A DNA stretch of 63,496 nt, filler included, from Octopus bimaculoides (Eukaryota): NCBI RefSeq assembly GCF_001194135.2. It is 4 parts of 4 records of this genome, joined end to end, with 100 filler letters (N's around TTAATTAATTAA, not from the genome) between each part and the next. Parts side by side here need not be neighbours in the genome. Positions count along the whole stretch, not along the records: positions 29,327 to 36,903 come from NC_068994.1; positions 37,004 to 63,496 come from NC_068985.1; 2 more parts are not named here. One strand, written 5' to 3'. Made by a program: the position numbers and the translations under genes. Shown piece by piece: positions 36,418 through 50,519 of this stretch (its first letter is position 1; the number at the start of each line of letters is the position of its first letter). Under the pieces are notes generated by a model. The model had not been told where the DNA came from, ran no database searches, and worked only from the letters and a program-made list of their open reading frames with translations.

Positions 36418-36903
36418 TTATTTACATTATTTACATTTTGACGGATATTTGTCCTCATCTTGTTTGTTGTTATACCCTCCAGCCTTCGTCAGGTGTCTTG
36501 GGGAAATTTCGAACCTGGGAAATTATGGAGTGAATTTTAGGGCTTATAAATCTATTATTTTTCTATCCTTTCTCAATATGCTATATCCTTCCCATATGCT
36601 ATTCATATCTGCACTCGGTCTGCTTAGGAGGTTGTTGTGTCCTAGCATATGTGCTGCTTCTTTTAGTTTTCGTATTTTCCAGTATTGTTCCCTGTCTATT
36701 ATTTTAACTTCATCCCACAGGGGGAGGTGGTCTTCATTTTGCCATACATGATCAGCTATACCCGATTTATCAATATCTCCTCGTGTCACAGCTTTGCGAT
36801 GTTCTTCTACCCTTATTTTGAGGGGGCGACATGTTTCGCCTTTGTATAACCTACCACAGCTGCATGGGATGGAGTACACGCAGTTTTTGGTCATATTCTC
36901 TTC
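36418..36903 (-). mobile_element. Penelope-like element 3' end with a half-deleted HHR
   Basis: GIY-YIG ORF followed by the same pLTR tail as 34199-34647, but lacking the tRNA cassette and 20 nt of the HHR. Confidence 0.9.
36544..36903 (-). CDS. PLE GIY-YIG (Uri) endonuclease domain, 5' part lost in a gap
   Basis: VYSIPCSCGRLYKGETCRPLKIRVEEH...IADH...KLKEAAH: the PLE pattern VYxIPCxC...YxGET...RxxEH with Cys/His zinc ligands; frame open to stop. Confidence 0.9.
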   Translation of the reverse strand, partial: EENMTKNCVYSIPCSCGRLYKGETCRPLKIRVEEHRKAVTRGDIDKSGIADHVWQNEDHLPLWDEVKIIDREQYWKIRKLKEAAHMLGHNNLLSRPSADMNSIWEGYSILRKDRKIIDL

Positions 36904-37541
36904 NNNNNNNNNNNNNNNNNNNNNNNNNNNNNNNNNNNNNNNNNNNNTTAATTAATTAANNNNNNNNNNNNNNNNNNNNNNNNNNNNNNNNNNNNNNNNN
37001 NNNTATATATATATATATTTATGAATAATAATGATAAATGGAACAAAAGGCATATAATCAATAAGTTCCTTTAATTCCTACATATGTTTCAAAATACATG
37101 TGCACACTACTCCAAAGAAGTAAGAGGTGTTGGAATTGCACCTAAATTCATCTTCAGGTTACCAGCATACAAAAAGCAAGACGAGCGCTAAATGCTAAGG
37201 TTGCGCACGTGATATAACATTATATAGTTAAGTAAATGACCGTTAGAAGCAAGAACGCTGGTTTACAGGGATCTATTAAGGGAGAGAGGCTATGAACGCT
37301 ATACTAAAAGTTTAAATTAGAGGAAGGGGAAATGGATCGGAGTTAAATGCAGAAATCTAAAGTTTAAAAAAGGCCAAACTTAAAACCAGAAAACTTGGTA
37401 TTTCTACGTATTAACCGGGTATGATATCCCAGGTTTTGTGTTTTTGTGACCCTGGTAACTATTAACATATTTTCAGTATTGAAAATTTTTCAACCGAGAT
37501 AAAATTAATATATACATAAATCAATAATTATATATATATAT

Positions 37542-38516
37542 ACAATTAAACTTTGGGAGAGGCATTATGCCGGTAATAAACACACGCACTGTTTCAGTCC
37601 TTTATTAATTTATATAGTTTTTTGTTAAATTATTTCATTGCACTCTTGCAATCTCTTCAGTAACTTGTCTCTCCACTTCCATTTCTTTTGAATGTATGAT
37701 CTGGCGTTGTTTTGACGTTGTTGTGGCGTTGTTTCGAAACTGTTCGGTATGAGCATGTGAGTGTGTGCAAGCTCGTATGTGTGCACGCTCATATGTGTGC
37801 ACGCACTTATGAGTTCGTGCTTATATGTAAGTATGTGCGTCCATATGTGTGTTTCAGCGATGTGGTTTGCAGTAATTGATCCAACTATTATTCTTCTATT
37901 CCGTTAGTTGTTTCAGTCATATGACACAAATTCGACTCGAAACACGTGACGGATTGAACTTGCGTCTTCTCGTTTGCTCCTCCTTAACTTAATTGAAAAG
38001 AATTCTACAGCAAGATGGACGCACATACATATAAGCACGAACACATAAATGCGTGCACACATATGAGTGTGCACACATACGAGCTTGCACACACTCACAT
38101 GCTCATACCGAACAGTTTCGAAACAACGCCACAACAACTCCAAAACAACGCCAGATCATACATTCAAAATAAATGGAAGTAGAGAGACAAGTTACTGAAG
38201 AGAGGACTGAACCAGTGCGTGTGTTTATTACCGGCATAATGCCTCTCCCAAGGTTTAATTGTNNNNNNNNNNATACATACATATATATACTTGATATCTT
38301 ATCGCTCATTTGAATAGAAAATAGGTGTGAATAGTTTTATATTCTCATCTTGCTGTAGAATTCTTTTCAATTAAGTTAAGGAGGAGCAAACGAGAAGACG
38401 CAAGTTCAATCCGTCACGTGTTTCGAGTCGAATTTGTGTCATATGACTGAAACTACGAACAGAATAAAAGAATAATAGGTGGATCAATTACTGCAAACCA
38501 CATCGCTGAAACACAC
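37542..38516. repeat. Interleaved inverted repeats: a ~420-470-bp unit interrupted by an inverted copy of itself
   Basis: 37542-37844 is inverted at 38015-38262; 37847-38017 is inverted at 38346-38516; 10-N gap at 38263-38272. Confidence 0.85.
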
Positions 38517-41235
38517 GTTTGTTTTCAATAATCATCCATTTATACTTATTTGTTTAGTAAATTATCTTTCTTCAGTAATGAAGCATAATGGTTTGCGATG
38601 TTTTCAAATGGAACTTAATGGCAAACTTTCGAAGTATAAAAATATTTATTGATATATATTACATTCGCTTAAAATAAGATACCATCAGTATGAAAAGTAT
38701 TCCAGATTTCACGACAGTTATGGATTTTTGACCGCAATAAATTTTACAATATTTGGAAATAGAAAAGTATGGGGACATATAGCAACATGTGACTCTATAA
38801 TATTCTATTTAACTTAACTGTTGAAATGTATATAGACTTCTACGAGATCTATAAACCTTTCTTCGGTTGTTATTAACACTAAATCAGCAATTTACGTATA
38901 CTTGACAACAGTACAACTAATGCGATTGCACTGCGGGTCTATATTTGAGTTCATTCATATCCACTTCACAGTAAAATGCATAAAATAATACGTTTCCAAA
39001 ATAAAACAGATATAATCCGATAAAATTGAGCTTCAAAAGGCATTGATTTTATATTGCAACTATTACTATAAATGCAAGGAAATATAGGAATTTACGTAGA
39101 CCGGTAGTGAACATTTTGCCTCGGGAAGTAGATGATGTCTCTTGCCAAGATTGTTAACTGCCTATCATTCTGACTGCGATAAGTAGCAGTTACGTAGTTG
39201 GAATAAAGTAAATTGTTAAATTGCCTACAGATAAAATAATCAGTAAAAGATATGCCTTCGAGTGACCACAATGGTTCTTACCTATTATTGATCTCTCCTT
39301 CTCTCCCATTTCCAAGACATCTATGATTCTTTCTTTCTCACGCTCTCTTTCTCGGTCTCTTTCTCCATCTATCTCAAGACATGTACACATATATATATAT
39401 ATATAAATGCATGTATGTATATGTATATATNNNNNNNNNNNNNNNNNNNNNNNNNNNNNNNNNNNNNNNNNNNNNNNNNNNNNNNNNNNNNNNNNNNNNN
39501 NNNNNNNATATATATATATATATATACACATATAAATATAACATAAACTTGTAGGTTGTGTGCATATAAATACTATATGTTTGAGTTTCTGTACATGTAT
39601 ACTCTAGGCATTTAATATGCACGCACATGAATAGATACATACGCATACACACACACACAAACACACACACACACACACATACACCCCCCCACACACACAC
39701 ATATATATATATGTATGTGTGTGTATGTGTGAGTGAAGGAGAGAATGAATTACCGAATGTGTGAGAAAATTAAACGATAGGAAGAATAGAACTTAGTGAG
39801 AGAGATGGAGAGAGATGGAAAGAGAAAGAGAGATGGAAAGAGAAAGAGAGAGAGAGAGAGGAGAAAGTGTGAGAATCTATGAATCTTTGAATGTTCGTTT
39901 TACGAGCTCCCAGGTTTCATCCTCTTATGTGATATCGTGTGCAATAATAGGATCGAAAAACGGAGCTCGCTGTTACAAAACGAATATTTTATCTTCCCAT
40001 TTATTATGGATATCATTGTATGATATTCAGTAGAGGAATACCTCTGTGGAAGTACATCGTAATATTTTGATAATTGAAGAAATCAATTTTGTCTCACACT
40101 GCATTGGATTGATTCTGCTTAATGAACGATATGTTCAATGTACATATCGTTTCGGAATATTCAGCCATTCAATTCATGAATCCACAAATACCTGTTATTA
40201 CCAGACGAAAAAGTGTCATGGCTGTAACTCAGGGAAAGTATTTTGTTATGTATGAGAAAGCAAGTCTGTGGTAAATATTTTGAGAGAGACTTGCTCACGA
40301 TGTGGGTCATCAATTGAAATTTTAAGAGAAAAATTGCTTCTAAGAGAATGGTAGATTATATATTTTTTATTACGAGGTTTACTTCAGAATTCAAGAAAGT
40401 TGAAAGTCAGAGAAAGGGAAAATGTAACAAAGGTATTATTTGGTGTGAAGCAGGAAGTAATAATAAATTAAGTTATCCTCTGTCTCTAACACAGTAACAC
40501 AGACAAAAGAGATACGTGTGTTATGACCATAAAAGGAGAGAGAGAGAGAGAGAGGGGGGAAGAGAGAGAGAGAGAGTGTGTATATCCTGAATATTAAATA
40601 AGTAAGAATAGAAATAAAGCTATGAATTCGCTTAAATGAGCGTATTTGATATGTCTAGTAAATGAAGAAGTTGTTGAACTAAACTCATGGATTTGGTCAA
40701 AAATGTGCATAACGTCAGTGAAATTAGTGAGTAGACAAATTCTGCTACAAAAATTAGTCAAACATCCATCCTAAAACTGGATAGTTACAAGGGATCATAT
40801 AGTTTTAGATAAATCATATCGTGTGGTCACGTACAAGATAATAACAATCGAATCCTGAAGAACGTGATCAAGCATGAAAAATAAAATTCACTAAAAAAGA
40901 CATCACAGACAGTGTAAAGAAGGTGGTGAAAATCAGCAATACTTAGAAATTGTAGGAGACAGGCATTTAAATGACGATTATGAAAGATGCAGTTGAGATC
41001 GATTCATTTGCTATGTTTCTATTCCAGCGTAAGTTATAGTTATCATTGATTGAAACTACCGGAATATTCACATTTGGAATAGTGTCTGAGCTAACAGATT
41101 GCAACTGAGTCTTAACAACACAAGTGGACCATTACCTTCTGTTTCTTAATTTGTGTATTTCTATGTATTCAAAGTGTATGTGTGTGTGTGTGTATGTATG
41201 TATGTATGCATGTATGTATACGTATATATATATAT

Positions 41236-41300
<65 letters not shown>

Positions 41301-41852
41301 NNNNNNNNNNNNNNNNNNNNNNNNNNNNNNNNNNNNNNNNNNNNNNNNNNNNNNNNNNNNNNNNNNNNNNNNNNNNNNNNNNNNNNNNNNNNNNNNNNNN
41401 NNNNNNNNNNNNNNNNNNNNNNNNNNNNNNNNNNNNNNNNNNNNNNNNNNNNNNNNNNNNNNNNNNNNNNNNNNNNNNNNNNNNNNNNNNNNNNNNNNNN
41501 NNNNNNNNNNNNNNNNNNNNNNNNNNNNNNNNNNNNNNNNNNNNNNNNNNNNNNNNNNNNNNNNNNNNNNNNNNNNNNNNNNNNNNNNNNNNNNNNNNNN
41601 NNNNNNNNNNNNNNNNNNNNNNNNNNNNNNNNNNNNNNNNNNNNNNNNNNNNNNNNNNNNNNNNNNNNNNNNNNNNNNNNNNNNNNNNNNNNNNNNNNNN
41701 NNNNNNNNNNNNNNNNNNNNNNNNNNNNNNNNNNNNNNNNNNNNNNNNNNNNNNNNNNNNNNNNNNNNNNNNNNNNNNNNNNNNNNNNNNNNNNNNNNNN
41801 NNNNNNNNNNNNNNNNNNNNNNNNNNNNNNNNNNNNNNNNNNNNNNNNNNNN

Positions 41853-41935
<83 letters not shown>

Positions 41936-42899
41936 GTGTGTCTATGTACACATATACATCTGTTGGGGTGGGGTTAAATTGTTTACATATTTTCCTTGCC
42001 TAAACTGACCAGGGTGATATATGAATTAAAATGTGTTGCTCGTTTTCATTACCAGACCTGATGGCTTAATTCCTTTAAGTGATTCCTGTGTATGTAAAGC
42101 AGTTGCAGAACTGAATAAACCAATATAAATCGATTAGAAGCTATTTTTTTAAATATGACAAAAAATTTTATCAGAATTGTATAGATTCGCAGAAACGATG
42201 GGAGAGATTTAGATTCAAGGAAAATATTAATTGGCTGTCACTTAGTCTCCAATAAGATTTTCTATGCAGGATCCCATGATAATTATAAGATATCTATGAT
42301 GGACTTTTCAAATCCAACTCCTTATCAAATCTTAAATCTACACATCTTGAGACTATTTGCATCAACTAAAATTGTTACCATTAACAGATGAAATACCTCT
42401 GCAATTGCATCACCTACTAGAAAAAGCAACTAAACCACCCTCATCATATCAACGTCAATTCAACGATGACACATTGAGAAAATGGACGATATAAGAATGT
42501 CTGGAATGTCTTTGCTAATAATTATGTTAAAGAACGAATATCATGAAGATGAAGAATAGAAACAAGAAAAGAAACAACTAAATCTATGTAATTAAAATAT
42601 AATCTGTGATACGAGGAACTAAATTTAGTTTACTCGGTGAAATTTCATCTGTAAAGAATTCGTAGAGGCTTTCAGAAAATTGATACACGAAGGGAATGAA
42701 GAATCTAAAGTTTCTTATATATATTCTTCTTTAAACGCAGGGATAAATCCATAGAAATTAAGAAATGAAAAAGTGAGAGCAAGCTTCCTCATATTTTCGT
42801 TACAAACGATGAGATTACAATGAACCTGTATGTGGAAATATTATGTGATACTTAGGTCATTAGTGGAAAGAATTGTAAACTTCTCTAAAGAAAACTTTA

Positions 42900-43999
42900 A
42901 CATTGGAATAATGTAAGAACAAATTAAAAATGCAATCGTATAAACACTGAAATGACAGGATGCTCATGTTTGCACTCCATTGAAACAACATTGGCCGGAT
43001 GATAAGCAGCCACCCGCACAATTAATTTTTAAAAATTATTACAAGGCACAGAGTTAACTTCTGTGTGAAAACTCAACCCGCAAAACATCTGATTTAAATC
43101 CACACAGTTTTGTGCTTATAACATCTGAAGCTCGTTTCTCAACTGAGTTTTGGGAAGACTTGCTACAAACTTTACATGACAAAAATACCTGCCAACAAAA
43201 CACCGTGTCGACAAATATATACGCGGCTAACCTAGAAGTTAAGGTACTCTCCTGTGTGATGTTAAACCACTACAAATTGAGTACACCTTAGCTTTTGTAA
43301 AAGAATTACATTAGGAAAGATACTGCTGTATCCGCTGCTACGCCAGTGATGTAACTGAGCGGTGATCTGTGCTTAGCAGCCACACTAGAGATCAAATTAG
43401 AAAAGCTTATACGGGTTAAAACATTCAGTACTTGCGAAGAGATAAATGCTGAGGGCTTTAACCGAGATGATAAAATTGTGTAGAACAGAATTCGGGACCC
43501 ACCAACCATATTAATTATGAAAACTACACTAAGTCACAATGAATAGATCGAGTTACAGAAAATAGAAGTAGATATACCTGAAGGTCAACTTTTCATGTGC
43601 TAATAGAAATAAGACAGCGATGGGTACGATGCTGTTCTTGATGGGATGATCGACGCTGAGATCCAACATCTAACTACATATTTGAAGTGAAGGAACAAGA
43701 ACCAGATTTTAATCCTGATACCCTCTCACACGTTCATGAAAAAACGAGAACCCTTTAATATATAGGTAAGCAAGAATTCAAGTTTTGGATTTACTCAAAG
43801 AGGAAATTTGCACTGATAAAGGTGAGATTCAAAGTCACAGCAAAAACGATACAGAGTAAATAATTAATACAAGAAAACTAATTAATTCCAGATGTTTGAA
43901 TATACTGTTCAGCTGATGGATAGCGGCTACTCCCTTACAGCTGCTCGTTTTCAAGGCAAAATGCAGAGGTGCAAAATAATAATAATAATAATAATAATC

Positions 44000-44044
<45 letters not shown>

Positions 44045-44056
44045 GTAATAATAATA

Positions 44057-44130
<74 letters not shown>

Positions 44131-45590
44131 TATAATAATACAAAACAATCTCGTAAGGCATTACAACGCCAAGCCAGTGAGTGAAAGACAACGTATTTGA
44201 AACGACAGAGTAGACAAATGGAATACGATTTTCATAATAATATCACTAGAATGAACAGTAGATTTATTAAGATAAAATTTAGAAAATCCCAACCTTAAAA
44301 ATGAAGTATTAATAATGACAATGTAGGAATTCTACCTACATAAATGATACCCGGAATAATTGAAGAAATCTGGAGAAACTGCAACAGGTTAAAGGAGTCT
44401 ATGAATCAAATGGTGAAATAAAAGTGATTATAGCAATATCGCTAATCCTGCAAACATTTCTAGGAGCTGAAGTACAAGAATCTATTTGATGCATACCACA
44501 TCACAAGGCAGTAGAGGCTGAGAAGCTCTCAGTCAATTCACTACCAACAAATAACGTGACAATGATGGAAATTATGAACAAACTATGTAATTAGATCTGA
44601 GAGACAGGTGAATAATCTGGGAACAAGTGGTGAACAATCTTCATTGCAGTGCCCAAATATTTTAGCAATGTTTGTTCAGAGTAGTCTCCCATAAATTTCA
44701 GCAAACACACCAACACGATCGTGTTAAGAACTCAACTAAAGAGTATGGAGCACACTACCAAGAAACCGTTCAGAGAAATTCAGTTGTGGTTTTTTCAACG
44801 TTTGGGTTGAATTGAACTGATTTTTAATACCGGTATCGACATGGGGAAAGCCAGGCAAAATAATATTCCATGGTATTCATTGATTATGAAACTGTCTTCC
44901 ATTTTCATTGAATAGAGAGATCGAGATCTCACCAGAGGACTTGGTTTGGAGACAATCTACAAGTTAGCTGGTGGCTACTTGCATGAAATATGAGGTTATG
45001 TTGTGGTTGAGAATCAGAAATGGAGTTCAGTAACACTGTTCTGTTTCAAATGTTCGCATTAATTTCTATTTCGATGAGTATGGGTCCTGCAGATAATTTC
45101 TTTTTCAGTGCATATATCTGTTAGGTAAATGCTGTTAGCTAAATGACATTATGCTGATGTTATCGTTCTAATCACTACTTCACCGGTTGCATGGAGTTTG
45201 AGGGAAGTTGATACGAATTTGAGAGCAATGAAAATGGCAAGCTATTTTCAAGAGCTGCAGAACATTTTGCATGTCCCACAAGAGATATGATTACTTGAGG
45301 ATATGCAAGAAGAACGCAAAATTGTGATGATGGAGAGACGCTGCAAACTGTAATATTTTGATATTTTGGCCAATTTATCAGAACACAGAACCTCTGTGTT
45401 GGTATATTCGGGAAGGTTTGGTTAGAAAACAAAGTCGTGGACATAAAGACGAAGACGGAGAGATGTCATCAAAGAATAAGGGGGCTAAATTGGGGGAGTA
45501 GATGGCTGCAGCACACGGCCGCAATATGTAGCAAAGGAATGGTATTTCAATCGTCTCGTACAATTACATGTGAAAAGTATTTCTAATGTT
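42900..45590 (+). mobile_element. Old RTE/CR1-like LINE remnant interrupted by (AAT)n at 43975-44138
   Basis: MVFIDYETVF (44870-44899, FIDYxKAF-like) and HYADVIVLI (45147-45173, YADD-like) at RT spacing; boundaries approximate. Confidence 0.45.
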
Positions 45591-45677
45591 TATAACAACA
45601 ACAAAGCAGCAGCAGCAGCGACAACAATAACAATATTTATACGAATAAGTATAAAAATAATCAAAATAGGATTATTA

Positions 45678-45745
<68 letters not shown>

Positions 45746-46741
45746 ATAACAGATAGGATTATTGTTGTTGTTTTTATTCGAGGGGAAGTATTACAGGAAA
45801 AGTGGTCTCTTATTCCTTATTGTCGAACTTTAAACTTTTTCTCGTTTAGTTGGCGTCTGCAATTTGCTATTTTTCATTCAATATAAAAGGAAAACTAGTG
45901 ATACGTCATGTTGTATATTAATTAGTTTTTGGTATTTATATAGAAATCGAATATTGCTGTTGATATAGAAAAGAATATAGGATATTGGCTATGCTGTGTA
46001 ATAATAGAATAATGGTCTTGTGTTATATTACACAGCGTGAAGACAAATAAAAACAAAAAAGTAAAAAGCTTAGTTGATAACAAATATTTTGTTTAGAATA
46101 GCCAGAAATATATAAGATAGTTCACGGAAGCAATAATAATAGCAAGGTATTACGCAAAAGAGAACATACAGATAGCGCCGCCTAGCATCAAACTAACTTC
46201 ACACACAAAAGCAAGCTATTTCCTGAATATTAAATAAAACATGACGTTGATAATAACAAATAGTGATAAGGTATGAGAAACAAACGTAGAACTGTTGCCA
46301 TGAATCTTACAATAGAAAGAGCTATATACATCGGTGCTGTAAGTCATTTCATACAGAACTTATTTAGGAAATTTTTGTGAACATCGCGGGACATCAGAAA
46401 AACATATTTCCAATGCATTCCATAACGATCTAATATCATTATGTAAAAACTACATAACACGAGTTGTTATAACCGATAAAAACTATAGTCTTTTGTTTCA
46501 AAAAATCAGGTTGTAACTTTGTTATTCTGTGTTGCATCGGACTCAGTCTTGCAGTTTGGTCAATATGCTCTGCAGAGGCGTCGGGTACATTAGAGCCATT
46601 TTCACTTGAAGCTGTTGGGGGAAAAATATGTAGAAACATATCGTGCATATATATACATAAATACTAAACACAGACGCAAAGACACACATACACACACGTA
46701 TACACACGCACTTACACACACATATACACTCACATACACAT

Positions 46742-46908
46742 AGGTGGAGGCTTGCCTTTATGATAAGACGTTTTCTTAGAACCACATAACATTGGGTTCA
46801 GTCCCACTTGGGAAAACTTTGGGTAAGTGTTTTCTACTATAGCATTGAGCCGATCAAAACCTTGTGAGAGCAGTTGGAATCTGAAAACAAAACCCTACTA
46901 CATATATA

Positions 46909-46943
<35 letters not shown>

Positions 46944-47112
46944 TCCTGGGTGTGTATGTGAGTATGTACATGTATACACACACTCTCTCACATACACACA
47001 TATATACATATTCAATCGATCCAATTTGCCGAACCGCTAAGTTACACGGATATAAACACACCAGCATCGGTTGTCAAGCGAGGGCAGAACAACCACAGAT
47101 ACAAGCACACAG
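46742..47112. mobile_element. Decayed SINE C head (+, 46742-46890) and SINE C tail fragment (-, 47012-47112)
   Basis: GGGTTCAGTCCCAC...TTGGGTAAGTGTTTTCTACTATAGC; TTTGCCGAACCGCTAAGTTAC...ATCGGTTGTCAAGCG. Confidence 0.65.
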
Positions 47113-47479
47113 ATAATTAAGATGCTTTAGGAAGCTTTTGTATAAACCTGATTAGATTATTGTAAAGTAGTCGGTTTTCGTGTCGTGAATGCTAAAAGGG
47201 TTTTCAAATGTGTTATGTAATAAAGAAAAAAACATAAGAGCTGATGAAAACTCGGTTTCGTCTTCTGATACTTTCTCTAAGTTAAATGAATATAGTGATT
47301 GTATAGTCACTGCAATGGTAGAGTAACAGCATATTACAAAGTTATACTATCATGACTCCATGAAATGTTTTTGCGATTTAATATTTCAAAGCCTATGGGA
47401 ATGCTAAAATCCAACATAACAGCACACCCGTCGTGTACACAACCTAAGAGTATATGCCAAATATATGAACGATATAAGT

Positions 47480-48530
47480 CCTAACCCCTGCTCGTATCCT
47501 TTATAATGAGTATTGTCCTCGGTCTAGTCATTCAATCTGCTATTCCTCCATAAAGGCAATCCTGAAGTTGTTCCCTCAGTAGCCCAAGTAAACTAATGAA
47601 TCTCTTTAGCGTTACCCTTGAAATATATGTGGTCCTGGGCCCTTCCAATTCGGCATTTTCCCTAAAACTTTACTCATTAATGCACTAGTTAATCTTAGAT
47701 ATGGCTGCTTCTCACTCACTACATTTTCTCCCACTATCTTTGACCATACTGCATCTCCATTATCATTGATTCGTTTATCCAAAATATTACTCCAGAACTT
47801 TCTAGCTTCCTCTGCATAAGGTTACTCATCTTCAGTACTTCGTTCTCTACTATTTATTCGGTTATAAAATCTCCTCTTGTCTCTCTCAGACAATCTATTC
47901 TGTTGATCCTGATCTATTCTTTTCTGATATCTGGACAGCTTGCCTGCTACTGATATGATACGCTGTTTAAATTCTTCTAGTACTGTCTTAAATCCTTTCT
48001 TCGTGACGAAATATTATTTTTCGAGTGAGAAATGTTGTTTTCCGTAAATTGTTCGTTTCCAGTTTTCTATTCTACTGAAATTTTGTCTTAAAAGTTTCGC
48101 TTTATTTTGTACTCTCCTTTTCCACATTTATTTTTTTTAATCTTTCCCTGTGGGATATCTAATTTTCTGGTGACTACTACCCCTTTTGCATATATCAATA
48201 AGTTAATGTCTTCTATATTTTTAGTATCTATCCTCCTGATAATGGAATCAACTTTCCCAGTCATTTCTTGTAGTTTCCGCCTGTTGATATCTTTTAATGC
48301 TGACAATCTTTTTATCGCTTCTCTACTTATTACTTGCTGCAACTCATCTAAAATTTTCTGATCTCCCCCATTTAAATCACTTAAATCTTTGATGCCAGTT
48401 GTTCCATCTGTATTGGCAACGCTATTTTTATTTTTTTCTTGAGGTTCTTTGGTTTGAGAGGCATCTCTTATGTTGGTCTCTATTATCTGCTGATGCTGTA
48501 TTATGTTTGTCACCGTTGTCATCACCATTA
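47480..48530 (-). mobile_element. R4/Dong-clade fragment (N-terminal region and RT start)
   Basis: ORF 48088-48528 (KRLSALKDINRRKL...INLLIYA), then EEFKQRI...RRFY...RKFWSNI...MPNWKGPGP...EQLQDCL...MTRPRTILIIKD. Confidence 0.8.
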
Positions 48531-49695
48531 TTATTTCTTGTCATCTGAAAGTTTCAGGCAACTTTCTCTTGCACCATTTATTGTACCTTTGTGCTGGTGG
48601 GGTGGTGTGTGCTGCATCTTTGTAGCAGCGCGATATTGTATTGTATCAATATGTCTCGTATGGGGTTTTGTTTGAGCCTTCGGTTGTATTAGTTTTTATA
48701 TTGTGTGTTGTTTGTGTAGCGCAGGTTGTGTTCTGTTGAGTATTTACATTCTATGTCACATGTGGGTTTTGTTCATGTTCTTAGATATCTAAACTATGAG
48801 TTTATTTTTGTATGATTTTGGAGGGGTGTTCCCTAGTAGAGTGTGTGAGTGTAAACCATAAATTAACTATTTGATAGTATTTATGCTTATTCGTCCGCCT
48901 TTCTTTTGCTCGTTTTTTTATGGGTTCCGATAAGTATGTTAATATCGTTATCGCTTTCATTACAATCTTCTTTCAAGTCTGTTCCGTTTTGCCGAGTGCT
49001 TTATTCATACCCAGGGCAGAGGCACGCACTGTTTACTTTTGTGGGCCAAGAAAGTATCACACCAGATTGTTCATTTACATGTCAGGTGATAGAAAAATGC
49101 GGAAGAAGGACAAAGAGAAAAAGAAAAAAAGATATAAAATATATAAGTAAAGAAAGAAAATAGAGAGCAAAAAGGAAAAATTCAAAGTGACAATATTCTT
49201 CTCAATACGTGTGACGCACTAGTTAATACAATCTTTTGCGCTTCCTGCATGACTGGTAATCCAGGGAACATTCTCAAATGATTCTCAGTTCTTATACAGA
49301 TCGTTTGAAATGCTCCTACAATCACTGGTATTGTAACCGTCTTGAGATGCTAACATTACTCCAACTACTGTGTGGTATTATGAAATGTTTAGTTTTGACT
49401 TTTGTCTTGTACTTGAGATATTCATAAATATGTTAGGGTTGGAGTAGATTGTAGGTGAACGAGAAGGAGCTTGGTAAATACAACAAATTCCACAGGTCTG
49501 TAAATCGTTTCGGCAGATGGTGAGGAGGAGATCAACAAGGGGGTTCACGTTCCTGTGCGATCAGTGGACAATAGAAACGTCACATCTTTGCGGTCAGCAG
49601 AAGTCAAATGTGTTTACTACTACTAACGATCAATGAGAGAGCTGACCTCGGTCTTAGAAAGAACGAATTCACGTTTTTCTGTGTTTATATACTAA

Positions 49696-50110
49696 TAGAA
49701 AAATGGTAGATACATACTGACGTTTACATCGTTGAACTTTTGAATTTGGAGATTCTTTGAATAATATATAGTCAAGGAGGAAAGAAGAGTAAAAGTTTCA
49801 TAGAAAATTGTAGATTTTAAAGTTTTAAATTTTCTACTGTAGTGTTCTTGCAATAAAAAGGGTGTTTACGTTCTCGATTATTCAGGGAAAATGGAAATAG
49901 GAGAAAAGAAGCGTAAGATTTTCCCAGAAAATTGTAGATATCGAAGTTTTAAAATTTTGTAAAGATGATCGTTTGTCGGTCCGAAAAGACAAGACTAGTT
50001 TTTTTGCAACAAATGGGTGTTATTATTACATTTTCGAATACTCAGGGGGAAACATATGGAAGGAAAAGAAGTGTAAATTTCTCAAAGAAAATGGTAGATA
50101 TTTAAGTTTC
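49696..50110. repeat. Degenerate tandem repeat with 106-160-bp periods
   Basis: AGAAAA(T/A)(T/G)GTAGAT recurs near 49696, 49802, 49926 and 50086; AAAAGAAG.GTAA and GGGTGTT blocks are shared. Confidence 0.55.
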
Positions 50111-50271
50111 TAACTATCTTTTGGGGTAAATTTGAAAAAATACTTACTGGAGATTGTGGATATTCCAGTTTTGAAAGTTGCTTTGCTGAGTTGTATTAAT
50201 GTTTCTGTGTCTTCAGCTACTGACTAGTCAGTGCCACGAAGAACACGTCCAACTGCTGACAAGGTTAACGC

Positions 50272-50359
<88 letters not shown>

Positions 50360-50519
50360 GTCATTTTCACTTTATCTGCCTGTTTGTTACAGTCACTTGC
50401 CGAGACACACCCATCGAGTGAAGGATAAAACATCTTACAGTATGACTGAAAACTTTGCGGAGGGAAGGTATTGAAATATATTCATGTAATACAACACATA
50501 CATTTAAATGTATAAGTTT

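Noticed and set aside
37935-37955. GACTCGAAACACGTGACGG, resembling an HHR 3' half
   Set aside because: No CUGANGA upstream and no UH triplet after stem III
47241-47272. AGAG CTGATGA AAAC TCG GTTT C GTC TTCT, hammerhead-like
   Set aside because: The essential GAAA is absent and no PLE context is visible; chance or a deleted relic
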